Positions 10,453-20,526 of a stretch of DNA of 64,000 nucleotides are shown here, piece by piece. Within the stretch, counting starts at the first letter, position 1, and each line of letters begins with the position of its first letter. The stretch covers positions 254,036 through 318,035 of the forward strand of contig OZ242039.1 in NCBI GenBank assembly GCA_965205085.1, read 5' to 3'. This DNA is from Bryobacterales bacterium. GTDB taxonomy: Bacteria; Acidobacteriota; Terriglobia; Bryobacterales; UBA6623. A program made the translations under genes and the position numbers. The notes below the pieces were generated by a model. The model did no database searches. It saw only the letters and a program-made list of their open reading frames with translations, and had not been told where the DNA came from.

Positions 10453-11737
10453 GACACTCCTTGCGCACGACTTCCTAGCGCGACACGGCGGCGAGGCGGC
10501 GGAGTTGCTGGAGGCGATGGCTCCTCAATTGGCGGCCGATATCGTGGCGGGGATTGAGCCCCGAACCTGTGCGGCTGTGTTCGGACAACTCTCCCCTGCA
10601 TCTGCACTGGCGATTCTCTCGGTGGCTGAGGCGCAGGCTATGGGGCCGCTCCTGCTTGAGCTTGCTCCGGCGAGAGCTGGAGCCCTACTCTTCGGTCTGA
10701 CCGAGACCAGGCGCGGGGAAATCCTGGAACGGCTGTCGGCGGGTGATGCCAAACAGCTCCAAGTCCTCGCAACGTATCCTCCGGACAGCGCCGGGCGGCT
10801 CCTCGATCCGCGGATTTCGGTCTTCCGGCCGACAACGACGGTTGCCGCTGCTTTCGAGCACTTGAAATCCGTGCACAAGGGCAGGCCGTTGCTCAGCCTG
10901 CTGGTCGTCGACGATGAGGGCAGTTTGGCCGGTACCGTGCCATTGCACCAGGCGGCTCTGGCTGAGCCGACGGACTTGTTATCGTCCCTCGTACAGCAGC
11001 CCGCAGTCGCGGTCTCCGCGTTCGCGCCCCGGTCCGAGGTCGTGGAGACGATGCAGCGTCTCAGGCTTGCCGCACTTCCCGTCGTTGGAGCGCACAACAT
11101 CCCGATTGGCATTCTCCGGCTCAACGATCTGATCGAGGAGGTTGGCAAGGAACTTGGTTCGGATATCGTTACCATGACCGGTGCGAGCAAGGAGGAAGGC
11201 GCACTGTCGGGTCCGGGCCTTGCGGTGAGAAAGCGTCTGCCGTGGCTACTAGTCAATCTGGCCACGGCCTTCCTCGCAGCCGCCGTTGTGGGGCTGTTTG
11301 AAGGCACGATCGCACGGTTCACGGCGCTGGCCGTGCTGCTGCCTGTCGTGGCGGGCCAGTCCGGCAATACGGGAAGCCAGGCGCTGGCTGTCGTGCTGCG
11401 CGGACTCGCGGTGCGGGAGATCACCCGCCGCCAGTTGCCGAGGGTTGCATGGAAGGAGTTTTTCGCAGCGGGATTGAACGGGGTCTGCGTTGCAGTCGTT
11501 GCGTGCGCCGGTGTCTATGTCTGGAGCAGGTCTGCAGGTCTGGTTCTGGTTATCGGCATCGCAATGGTTGCCGCAATGGCAATCGCGGGCCTAGCCGGGG
11601 CGGTGATTCCGATCGTGCTCGACGCTCTCGGATTCGACCCGGCGCAGTCTTCCTCGATCATGCTCACGACTGTGACCGATGTCTTCGCGTTCTCGAGTTT
11701 CCTCGGACTCGCAGCGCTTCTCTCGGAGTTTCTCTAG
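10418..11737 (+). CDS. mgtE: Magnesium transporter MgtE
   Basis: Internal ATG of ORF 10313..11737. Has MgtE_N, a CBS pair and a TM domain with LLPVVAGQSGNTGSQALAVVLRGLA and IMLTTVTDVFAF. Confidence 0.92.
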   Translation: MRTVSNHNVDIETLLAHDFLARHGGEAAELLEAMAPQLAADIVAGIEPRTCAAVFGQLSPASALAILSVAEAQAMGPLLLELAPARAGALLFGLTETRRGEILERLSAGDAKQLQVLATYPPDSAGRLLDPRISVFRPTTTVAAAFEHLKSVHKGRPLLSLLVVDDEGSLAGTVPLHQAALAEPTDLLSSLVQQPAVAVSAFAPRSEVVETMQRLRLAALPVVGAHNIPIGILRLNDLIEEVGKELGSDIVTMTGASKEEGALSGPGLAVRKRLPWLLVNLATAFLAAAVVGLFEGTIARFTALAVLLPVVAGQSGNTGSQALAVVLRGLAVREITRRQLPRVAWKEFFAAGLNGVCVAVVACAGVYVWSRSAGLVLVIGIAMVAAMAIAGLAGAVIPIVLDALGFDPAQSSSIMLTTVTDVFAFSSFLGLAALLSEFL

Positions 11738-11831
11738 TGCTCCGTAACACGATGCCGGTTGCACTAGGAAACGCAACAACGGGTGGATGAGCCTAAGGTC
11801 CTGATTGGCCCATCCTATGGGAGAAACTGCC

Positions 11832-12631
11832 ATGCCTCACAAGTTGTGCCACCTGCAATACGACGAGCGCTGCCAGGTCCAGGCCTTGTACCAACGGAGA
11901 TTCTCGGTTACCGCCATCGCCAAGCAACCCCAGCGCCACAAGTCCACCGTCTGTCGCGAACTTCGGTGCAACGCCGGCCCTCCGGCTATCACCATGAGCA
12001 GGCCCAGCAACTCGCTCGGCAGCGCCGCCACCGGGTCGGGACGGTGTCGGTTAGCTTCTCGTGGCTCTACCAGCGGATTCGCCAGGACCGAGCCCAAGGC
12101 GGCTCGCTGCACACCTACCTGCGGCAGCGCTGCAAGGCCAGCCGCGGCTGCATCTCGGGCCGCAGGGACATCAGCGAACGCCCCGCGATCGTCGACTCGA
12201 AGCAGCGCAGCGGGGACCGGGAGGCCGACACGATCGTGGAACGGAAGTCGAAGTACCTGCTTGCTCAAACTGTTAGCTGGAAGACTGCCGCCCTAGTGGG
12301 CGACGCGATGCAGCATCTGCTGCGGCTCTTCCCGGCCCTCGTCCTGACCCTGACCTGCGACAACGGGAAGGAGTTCGCCGGCCACCTCCAGATCGCCGAG
12401 GTTCTCGACACCGACATCTTCTTTGCCCGACCCAACCGCTCCTGCAAGCGGGGTCTCAACGAACATACCAACGGCCTGCTGCGCCAGTTCGTGCCCAAGA
12501 CCGAGAACCTGCGCCCGCTCGACCCGAAACGGCTGCAGGAAGCCATCAACTGGCTCAACCACCGCCCCCGCAAGGTGCTTGGCTACCGCACCTCGTATGA
12601 GGGCAGACACTCGTTCGGCACGTCAGGGTAA
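11832..12631 (+). pseudogene. IS30-family transposase, frameshifted with an internal deletion
   Basis: MPHKLCHLQYDERCQVQALYQRRFSVTAIAKQ..STVCRELR is in one frame, while ..WLYQRIRQDRAQGG..TCDNGKEFAGH..RSCKRGLNEHTNGLLRQFVPK..LNHRPRKVLGYRT is in another. Confidence 0.85.
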
Positions 12632-12652
12632 GCTATACTTGACGGGGAACTT

Positions 12653-13220
12653 ATGGAAGAATCGCTCCCATGGCCCTCAATCATCCCGATCGTCCTCTCG
12701 CTCGTTAGCTCGATCATCATGGTTACCTGGATGTTAGGGCGTTGGAAAGGCTCGCTCGATGAACGTCTCAAACCGCTGACCGGGTTCAGCGAATGGAAGG
12801 GGACGGTCAACTCCAAACTCGATCAACTCGCCACCAGCATGGCCGATCTGCGGACGCAGGTCTCGGATCTCTTGCGCGAGTTCCCGAAGGTCACGGTTGG
12901 CAGCAAGAGTCCGACGAGCCTCACGGACATCGGAGCAAAGATCGCGGTCGAGCTTGAACGCGCAGAAATGGGCCGAGGACTTCGCGGTCAAGCTGGAGGA
13001 CGATGCTGCGGTTCGGGGAATCAAAGAGGCGTATCAGGCCGACGGCGTCGCCTTCGATTTGGTTTTCAGGGAAATGACCCACCGCGATGAAGAGATGTCG
13101 ATGCGTGCATCGAGGTGTGCGTACCGAAGGGAGCTCAGCCGGAACAGCGTGCTCGCGGTCCTGCAGGTCGTCCTGCGTGACGTGCTGATCAACCAGTTGC
13201 AGCTTGACGACTACGCCTAA
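12653..13220 (+). pseudogene. Hypothetical N-terminally membrane-anchored protein, interrupted by a +1 frameshift near 12955
   Basis: ORF 12653..13090 (TM helix WPSIIPIVLSLVSSIIMVTWML, then a coiled region up to IGAKIAVEL) continues sensibly only in the frame of ORF 12897..13220 (NAQKWAEDFAVKLEDD...LRDVLINQLQLDDYA). GGGGA lies 7 nt before the ATG. Confidence 0.45.
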
Positions 13221-13474
13221 CTCCGCCCACCAAGCCCGGTCCGCATCACGCAGAAGAATGATCCGCCACTCTACGAGTGGGATACTCTCGGTGCGCCAAA
13301 GTCGTTGTTGGACCGGACCCTGCTAGCAACTTAACCGCCAACTCCAGGATCTCTTTTCCCCGCTGTTACATTTCCCAGTGCAACCGGCATGACGTCTTCC
13401 CGGCACCGGGCAAGACCCAGTTCTCGCTGCACAGAGCTGCTGACTGGCCTTCCACCATCCGATCTTGCAAGTGA

Positions 13475-14866
13475 ATGGACCGTTTATACTCGCAGTTTAT
13501 GGCTTCGACGACTGCGGCCCGGGATGTTAGCAGCGTTCTGCACCCGTTCACTAACCCGTCTGACCACGAATCGCAGGGACCGCTAGTCATCGTGCGGGGA
13601 GACGGCGTTTGGGTCTACGGGGAGGATGGCAGGGCTTACCTGGAGGCCGCCTCCGGACTCTGGTGCGCTTCTCTGGGCTTCAGTGAGAAGCGTTTGGCAG
13701 ATGCCGCCTATCGGCAGCTCAAGACGCTCCCCTTCATGCATCTGTTTACGTCGAGGAGCCATACGCCGGCCGCTGAACTGGCCGAGCGGCTCCTACGGTG
13801 CGCCCCTGTACCCATGTCGAAGGTGTTCTTCGCGAACTCCGGATCCGAGGCTGCGGATACGGTCGTGAAGATCGTATGGTTTTACAACAACGCCCTCGGC
13901 CGCCCCAACAAGAAGAAGATCATCGCCAGAGTTGACGGGTTCCACGGCTCGACGGTTGCGGCCGGCAGCCTGACCGGCATTGTTCGGAATCACAGGAAGT
14001 TCGACCTGCCCATCGCCAACATACTGCACGCTTCTCGTCCGCACTACTACCGTGGCGGGCTTCCCGGCGAGTCGGAAGAGGCGTACTCGTCGCGCCTCGC
14101 CACCGAGTTGGAACAGCAGATCCGCGACGAAGGCCCCGAGACCGTCGCCGCGATGATTGCTGAGCCCGTGATGGGTGCCGGGGGGGTCCTGGTGCCTCCG
14201 AAGGGTTATTTCGAGAAGGTCCAGCGCGTCGTCGCCAAGTACGACGTGCTCTTCGTCGCAGACGAAGTGATATGCGGTTTCGGGCGTACCGGGAACATGT
14301 GGGGCTCAGAGACGTTCGGCATGCGACCCGACATGCTGACGACCGCCAAGCAACTCTCCTCCGCGTACGCTCCGATCTCTGCGGTCATGGTCAGCCAGCC
14401 GATCTACGAAGTACTTCAAAAGGGCAGCGATGAGGTGGGCACGTTCGCTCACGGCTTCACGTACAGCGGCCACCCGGTCAGCACCGCCGTTGCCTTGGAG
14501 TGTCTCAAGATTTACGAGGAGAGGGACATCGTGGAGCGTGTCCGGCAACTCGGGCCGAGACTGACGGAAGGACTCAGGGACCGATTCGGGGATCACCCGC
14601 TGGTAGGAGAGATTCGCGGTGTGGGCCTCGTGGCCGGCGTTGAACTCGTGGCAGACCGGCAGACTCGCAAACCCTTCGATGCGAGCCTGGGGGTTGGATC
14701 GTTCTGCATGCAGCGGGCGATCGCCCACGGGGTGGTGTTGCGGGCTCTCGGCGACACGATCGCTTTCTCGCCCCCGCTGATCGTGACTGAAGAACAGATC
14801 GAACTCATCCTTGACCGCTTCGACCTTGCACTGCAGGACACGACTGATTGGCTCTCTGGCCAGTAG
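13475..14866 (+). CDS. Class III (omega) aminotransferase, PLP-dependent
   Basis: 463 aa with FANSGSEAADTVVK, LFVADEVICGFGRTG, TTAKQLSSAY and HGFTYSGHP. Confidence 0.9.
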   Translation: MDRLYSQFMASTTAARDVSSVLHPFTNPSDHESQGPLVIVRGDGVWVYGEDGRAYLEAASGLWCASLGFSEKRLADAAYRQLKTLPFMHLFTSRSHTPAAELAERLLRCAPVPMSKVFFANSGSEAADTVVKIVWFYNNALGRPNKKKIIARVDGFHGSTVAAGSLTGIVRNHRKFDLPIANILHASRPHYYRGGLPGESEEAYSSRLATELEQQIRDEGPETVAAMIAEPVMGAGGVLVPPKGYFEKVQRVVAKYDVLFVADEVICGFGRTGNMWGSETFGMRPDMLTTAKQLSSAYAPISAVMVSQPIYEVLQKGSDEVGTFAHGFTYSGHPVSTAVALECLKIYEERDIVERVRQLGPRLTEGLRDRFGDHPLVGEIRGVGLVAGVELVADRQTRKPFDASLGVGSFCMQRAIAHGVVLRALGDTIAFSPPLIVTEEQIELILDRFDLALQDTTDWLSGQ

Positions 14867-14916
14867 GGATTCACTGGTCCGGCGGGCATGACCTCGTCCA
14901 GCCCCTGTCCGCTTGA

Positions 14917-15960
14917 CTAGTCGGCAACCTGACGCCGCGTTAGCGTCGGCCGCTCGCCTGGTTCATCTTGGTCGGATCCCGGATCATCGGGGAGGATCGG
15001 CTCATCGTTCACCGCCCGCTTCAATGTGGGCCGGTTGGGGGCCCGTCCGGTGGCCTTGCGGTTCGCATTCAGAGCCTTCACACGGTCCTTCACGACGTTG
15101 AATTCGCTGGTCGAATCCGCGTACGCTGCACGTTCCGGCAAGAGTTCATCGATGACCTTCTGAACGCTCTTGATGCGGCTCTTGGTCATCGGAGGCGAAC
15201 TGAATGCCCAGGCCCGGAAGTTCTTCTTCTGCCTCGCCTTGAGTCGCTCGAAGAACTGCATTATCGACGCGGGGTCGTAGCCGGCCTTGTAAAGATACTG
15301 GACACCGAGAACGTCGGCTTGCCCCTCGAACTCACGCGAAAACCTGAGCATTGTCATCGGGACCGCGAAGTTCGCGGCCTGCTGGATGCCGTAGCCGGCC
15401 CAGCCGCCGATGAACAGGAGCGGGATCGAGGCATACTGCATCAACTGCCCGCCTGTCGCATTCCGTGTACCATGTCGCGCGGCGACATGGGCGATCTCGT
15501 GGGCCATCACGCCGGCCAGTTCGGCCTCGTCCTCCGCCATCTCGATCAGGGCCGTGTTCACGCAAAAGAAGCTGCCCGGCAGGGCGAAGGCATTGACCTC
15601 GTCCGCGTCAAGCACCTTGATCGTGAAGGACACCCTGGCATCCGAGTTCCCCACGATGTTCTGCCCGATTCGGTTGACATACTCGGAAATCACCGGATCG
15701 TCCACGATCTTCGCCGTTTTCTCGATTTCCCCGGCCAGCTGTCGGCCCAGCGCTATCTCCTTTTCCAGGCTGTAGAAGTTGACCCCGTTACCGACGCCGC
15801 GGTCACCGATCCTGGAGACGTCCTCATTCGCGCGCCGGGGGACGGGCCCACTATGCTCGATCGGACCAGTCGGCTCGGTGGCCGGCGCGAGTCCCGCTGC
15901 CAGCACCAGTGCGACAGGTGATTGGTTGCATCTCCCGGTGGGCACAGGGATGAACCGCAA
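14917..15960 (-). CDS. M48 family zinc metalloprotease, secreted
   Basis: VNAFALPGSFFCVN...MAHEIAHVAARH (HEXXH). The long ORF to 16314 overlaps the divergent gene. A TTG at 15960 or a GTG at 15945 precedes the signal-like VALVLAAGLA, so the start is uncertain. Confidence 0.8.
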   Translation of the reverse strand: MRFIPVPTGRCNQSPVALVLAAGLAPATEPTGPIEHSGPVPRRANEDVSRIGDRGVGNGVNFYSLEKEIALGRQLAGEIEKTAKIVDDPVISEYVNRIGQNIVGNSDARVSFTIKVLDADEVNAFALPGSFFCVNTALIEMAEDEAELAGVMAHEIAHVAARHGTRNATGGQLMQYASIPLLFIGGWAGYGIQQAANFAVPMTMLRFSREFEGQADVLGVQYLYKAGYDPASIMQFFERLKARQKKNFRAWAFSSPPMTKSRIKSVQKVIDELLPERAAYADSTSEFNVVKDRVKALNANRKATGRAPNRPTLKRAVNDEPILPDDPGSDQDEPGERPTLTRRQVAD

Positions 15961-16023
15961 GCGGGCTGGACTTGGTCCGACAGAACCCGTGGTCGTCCCC
16001 AATAATGAGTACTGGGCCTGCGG

Positions 16024-18435
16024 ATGCTCGCACGGATCGTCGTAGCCATCTTCCTGACCGCCGTGGGTCTCGGCGCCGCCCAAGGGGCGGAGGATCTCCA
16101 ACGCATCAAGTCGCTTGAGCTTGATCCCGAGCGCTGTTACCGAGTGCGTGACGTCTTCGTGCAGCGAGAAGACGTGAAGCTGTTCTTCACGGACGGCTAC
16201 TTGATCTTTGCCAAGCCCGTGCTCGGCAGAACCATCGCAGCGATGTTCGTTGCCACGGAGCATGCCGATGTGGGGGAAATCCTCCTGATTCCTCCGACAC
16301 CAGCCGAGCGTCAATCTGTTGCCCGCTTTCTCGGGGAATCGATCCTCAACGAGAAGTTTCGCAACGCGATGATGTTTTTCACCGACGACACTGCGGAGAT
16401 CCTCGAAGACGCACTGCAGAGTGCCACCCTCCAGCGCCTGGACCAGAGCGAGGGAGCCCGGATCGCTCCGCGATGGTCCGTTGTTCTGCGAAACCTCATC
16501 GAAGGGTCATCCACGCGAGTACTGCTCGATCTGTACTCCGGGCGCGGACGTGATCATGGCTTCTTTGTCGCCGCGATTCGAGGGAACCAGCACGGCCGTT
16601 TCGATGTGGTTGTGGATTCAACCAAGGCGGAACAGATCGTGGCTGGCCAACTGGTCCGATCCGAGGGCAAGACGTACTACGAGATCTGGACACGGTTCCA
16701 GTCGGGCTCCATTCGCTCAGGGCAGCGGACAAGGTCGCTCTCGGTCGCCCGTCTTGATGACTACCACATTGTGGCCCGACTAGCGACGGACCTGCGTATG
16801 TCCGTTCGAGTGTCAGCGACGTTGCATCTGATCCAGCCGGAAGCGCGAGCCGTAGGGTTCGAGATCTCCAGCCGACTGAACGTAACCGCGGTTAGGATCG
16901 CGGGACGCGAGGTGGAGTTCCTCCAGGAGAGAAGGCCGGTGCCGGGGCGGCGACACGGAAACGACGACCTCGTCATTGCCGTCCTGCCGACCCCGCCGCT
17001 GGGAGCAGGCAGCCACCCGATCGAATTCGAATACGAAGGTAAGGTCGTGACCGACGACGGTTCCGGAGTGCACTTTGTCGCTGACCGTACGAACTGGTAT
17101 CCGCACATCGGCTACGGCAAAGCACGGTATCGGCTCACGTTTCGCCATCCCAGAAACCTGGACTTGGTGGCGACCGGCAACCCGGTCGGGAGCCGCGACG
17201 ATGGTGATTTTCGGATTTCTGAGTTCGATAGCGTGAAGCCGATCCGCCTGGCCGGGTTCAACCTCGGAGACTACGTCTCGGCGACCAGAGACGTCGATGG
17301 TTTTCTGGTGGACGTGAGGGCGACTACGAACATTGAACGTCGGCTGCGGCCCCCCAGGGCTTCCCTGATCCTTCCACCGGTACCTGTACCGGGGCGCAGG
17401 CGGTCGCGGAGTGGATCGCCGGTGCTGATCCCCCCCGAGCCGACCCCCGTGAACCCGGCCGGGAGGATCGAGCGGATCGCCGACGAGAGTGCGGATGCGT
17501 TCCGATATTTCAAGGGCCAGTTCGGGCCTCCCGCCATGCCCGTCACGGTCATCTCCCCAGTGCCCGGAGAGTTCGGTCAAGGATTCCCTGGACTGGTGTA
17601 TGCATCGACGCTCAGCTACTTCGAGCGTGGCGACCGTGTGATGGAGGACCTGTCCCCCAGTAACCGGCGGTTCTACTCCGACCTGCTTCGTCCGCACGAA
17701 ATCGCGCATCAGTGGTGGGGCAATGTCGTGGACTCCGAACTGGACAGGGACGCCTGGATCATGGAGGCGCTGGCGACATACTCTTCCCTTCTTTGGCTGG
17801 AGGAGCACGAGGGGGTGGAGGAGCGGAACCGAGCTTTGGGGGAGTTTCGGGACAACCTGCTGCGACGATCCGGAGAGGAGACCGTTGAAAGCGCCGGCCC
17901 GATCATCCTGGGTCGGCGGCTACAGACATCCAGGCTGCCGGAGGCGTATCGAGTGATCGTTTACCAGAAGGGTGCCTGGATCATACACATGCTGCGAGGG
18001 ATTCTGGGTGACGAGCGATTCTTTGCGATGTTACGTGAACTGTGCGAAGAGCACGCCGGGGAGCCGCTGACCACTGAGGGACTGCGGACAGTGGCGGCGA
18101 GCCATGTACCGGATGGTCATCGCGACTCGGACCTGCGCGATTTCTTCGATCAGTGGATCTACGGCACTGGTATTCCGGAGATTTCCGTGACATGGAGCCA
18201 GACGTCAACAGGCGGTCGCCATCGGTTCCGATTGCAACTGGACCAGCAGGGCGTGCCTGACTACTTCCCGCTCAGTGTTCCGATTGAAGTGCATACGATC
18301 CCTGGTCGATCGCTGGTGAAGGAAGTCCTGGCAGGAGACGGGTCCGAGGATTCGGGCTTCATGGTTGTACTCCGAAATCCGGCGTCAAGGGTAGTGATTG
18401 ATCCCGAGGCCCGTTTGCTCACCGCCAGACGCTGA
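16024..18435 (+). CDS. M1 family (gluzincin) aminopeptidase-like protein, secreted
   Basis: 803 aa with signal peptide MLARIVVAIFLTAVGLGAAQG and HEIAHQWWGN followed by E 19 residues later (HEXXH-X18-E). Confidence 0.8.
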   Translation: MLARIVVAIFLTAVGLGAAQGAEDLQRIKSLELDPERCYRVRDVFVQREDVKLFFTDGYLIFAKPVLGRTIAAMFVATEHADVGEILLIPPTPAERQSVARFLGESILNEKFRNAMMFFTDDTAEILEDALQSATLQRLDQSEGARIAPRWSVVLRNLIEGSSTRVLLDLYSGRGRDHGFFVAAIRGNQHGRFDVVVDSTKAEQIVAGQLVRSEGKTYYEIWTRFQSGSIRSGQRTRSLSVARLDDYHIVARLATDLRMSVRVSATLHLIQPEARAVGFEISSRLNVTAVRIAGREVEFLQERRPVPGRRHGNDDLVIAVLPTPPLGAGSHPIEFEYEGKVVTDDGSGVHFVADRTNWYPHIGYGKARYRLTFRHPRNLDLVATGNPVGSRDDGDFRISEFDSVKPIRLAGFNLGDYVSATRDVDGFLVDVRATTNIERRLRPPRASLILPPVPVPGRRRSRSGSPVLIPPEPTPVNPAGRIERIADESADAFRYFKGQFGPPAMPVTVISPVPGEFGQGFPGLVYASTLSYFERGDRVMEDLSPSNRRFYSDLLRPHEIAHQWWGNVVDSELDRDAWIMEALATYSSLLWLEEHEGVEERNRALGEFRDNLLRRSGEETVESAGPIILGRRLQTSRLPEAYRVIVYQKGAWIIHMLRGILGDERFFAMLRELCEEHAGEPLTTEGLRTVAASHVPDGHRDSDLRDFFDQWIYGTGIPEISVTWSQTSTGGRHRFRLQLDQQGVPDYFPLSVPIEVHTIPGRSLVKEVLAGDGSEDSGFMVVLRNPASRVVIDPEARLLTARR

Positions 18436-18908
18436 CCCGGCCGGGAATTGCGCTCTCGAGTCACAGCGTACGGCGCATTGCCGCCTCGCCCCAGACGTCC
18501 CTAGCCGGCCCGGATCTGGAGACCCGTGAACAGCCATTCGGTCGCGACGGATCTAGCCCGCCTCTTGAGGCCAGCGGCAGCTTGGCAGGTGGGAACATCC
18601 CGGAGCCTATCCGACGCGTCCAAGGCCGTCGGAGGTGACAGATTCACGAGCAACAACTGCATTTGGGGCAAGGGCTGATCGAAGACATCCAACTGGACAC
18701 GCAGAGCCTCCATGAGATGACGGCCATCCGGCGCGGTCTGTACCACACCGGATGGCCGGTAAAGGACTTGTGGCAGGTTCTGGTGTCGGGTGGCAGCTAG
18801 CAGGGCCTGCACCTGGATTTCGATCCCCTCGAGGACGGGGCCAACCAGCACAGGGCGGTGCGGGAGAGGCTCGGCCACGGCCTTGCCGGCGAAATCATCT
18901 GCAGGGTG

Positions 18909-20105
18909 CTACGCCGGATGGACACCGTCTCGCTGCCCCCGCCGCCGTTGCTGCGACCCTATCTGCCTGGCAAGTGAGTCTCTCCTGGCCTTGGCCTTGG
19001 AGACGTCGGAGCTTGTCATGGTCCCCTCCGCATCGTGGATCCGGGCCTTTGTGTCCCTCGACCCGGACAGCAGAGCGATATGCATCCATGCCAAACCTTC
19101 CACCGGATCACTCCTAACGCCCTCTCCCTTCAGATACATCTCGCCCACCTGACGCTGGGCATCGCCGAGCCCTTGTTTTGCGGCATTCAGGAGATTCTTG
19201 AACGCTACTTGCTCGTTGACCGTAACTCCCTCTCCGTTCCGATAGATCTCGCCCAAGGCCAACTCAGCCGAGGCCACACCCTTCCTCGCGGCCTCGCGAT
19301 ACCAAAACAGAGCCTCGTTCCAGTTCTGAGGAATGACCGTACCACTGAGGTACATTTCGCCGAGCTTTGCACAGGCATCGGCAAACTCGGAGTGGCTCAT
19401 GCGACCTCGGATCGCCTTCCAACCCGCTTTGGCCTTCGCACAACCTTGCTTGTCAGAGACTCGGTACCAAACGAACGCTACGATCCTGTCCAGCCCTTCA
19501 TAGAACTTGCCCAGCTCCATCTGTGCATCGGACTGTCCGCGGCTCGCCGCTTTTCGGAACCACTTAACAGCTTCTGACCGGTTCGTCCGGACTCGTGTGG
19601 AGTCTTGAAACATCGATCCGATCAGATATTGGGCGTCCGCCAACCTGTCTAACCCGGACAGGGCTTCCGTGATTCGATCTGCAGCCATGGTTGCCCTGGG
19701 ATGCCCGTTGCACGCTGCAGCCTTATACCATACAAGTGCCTGAACAGGGTCTCGAGGTAAACCCAATACACCGAACTCATAGCCCTGCGCAAGTTGAAAC
19801 TGCGAATTCTTGTCCCCCCGTTCCGCGAATTCCTTGGAGTATTGTTGCGGCGAAGGCTCCACAACGTCGAAATCCAAAGTGAGCTGCTGGTCGCCCCCTG
19901 GTTCGTTGATGTCGGATTTCGTTGCCTCGCCCGATTGATTCGCCGGTGGGGCATTGGATGCAGTGTTACACATTGGGCGAAGGTCAGAATCTGGCAGGTT
20001 GTCGGGTCCTATAGAGACCAACTCGTTGCTCGATCGCCCAATATACACCGAAGTGCGACACCTGCGGGATCTGAGTCTTGGAGTTGGTGGCCTGGGCTTT
20101 GGCAT
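18909..20105 (-). CDS. Sel1-like repeat (SLR/TPR) protein
   Basis: Repeated A.YL.G..Y..G.GV..D...A..W(Y/F)(R/K)KAA..G units, for example EAVKWFRKAASRGQSDAQMELGKFY and ALFWYREAARKGVASAELALGEIY. The start may be the ATG at 19973. Confidence 0.8.
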   Translation of the reverse strand: MPKPRPPTPRLRSRRCRTSVYIGRSSNELVSIGPDNLPDSDLRPMCNTASNAPPANQSGEATKSDINEPGGDQQLTLDFDVVEPSPQQYSKEFAERGDKNSQFQLAQGYEFGVLGLPRDPVQALVWYKAAACNGHPRATMAADRITEALSGLDRLADAQYLIGSMFQDSTRVRTNRSEAVKWFRKAASRGQSDAQMELGKFYEGLDRIVAFVWYRVSDKQGCAKAKAGWKAIRGRMSHSEFADACAKLGEMYLSGTVIPQNWNEALFWYREAARKGVASAELALGEIYRNGEGVTVNEQVAFKNLLNAAKQGLGDAQRQVGEMYLKGEGVRSDPVEGLAWMHIALLSGSRDTKARIHDAEGTMTSSDVSKAKARRDSLARQIGSQQRRRGQRDGVHPA

Positions 20106-20526
20106 CGCACTGTGGAGTTGGGCCAGGTATCAAGGGTGTGGTGCTTGTCCAGGAGCATCGCGGGAAAGCTGTCTTTGGAAAGGCAGCTGAGCCCACCGCC
20201 TGAATGGATGCTGGGTTGCAGCCCTGTCACGGAAGGGTCAGATTCCGGTATTGGGAGGGAGAACGCCTCTCAGGGCGGAGGTGGGAACGCGCTGTCGGGT
20301 AGGCGAGCTGCGTGGTAGAGAGGAACTCGGCCCGGGAGATCGCCCCGTTGCCAGGGTGACGGAGAGAATGGTTAGGCGGTCACGGTATTGGGCCTGCTCC
20401 AGGTGGAGGCGCAAGGCCTGTCTGTGGCTGGCTGGCACCCGGGACGCCGATTAACTGGACTGCAGGTACTCAGGACCTCGGGTCCGCGTATGATGGGGGG
20501 CATTGGCCTGTCGCAGCGCCAAGCTA

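Larger units (their letters stand above)
11753..13389 (+). mobile_element. IS30-family element, copy B, degenerate, with a foreign segment replacing its 3' part
   Basis: Left end TGCCGGTTGCACTAGGAA at 11753; right end GTGCAACCGGCA at 13378-13389 is its inverted repeat. Homology to the other copies breaks at about 12600 and resumes at about 13316. Confidence 0.85.

Noticed and set aside
18501-18878. 125-aa minus-strand ORF downstream of the Sel1-repeat gene
   Set aside because: It is the only ORF in this gap and its codon bias is acceptable, but I recognise no domain and it could be a gene fragment. Left uncalled.
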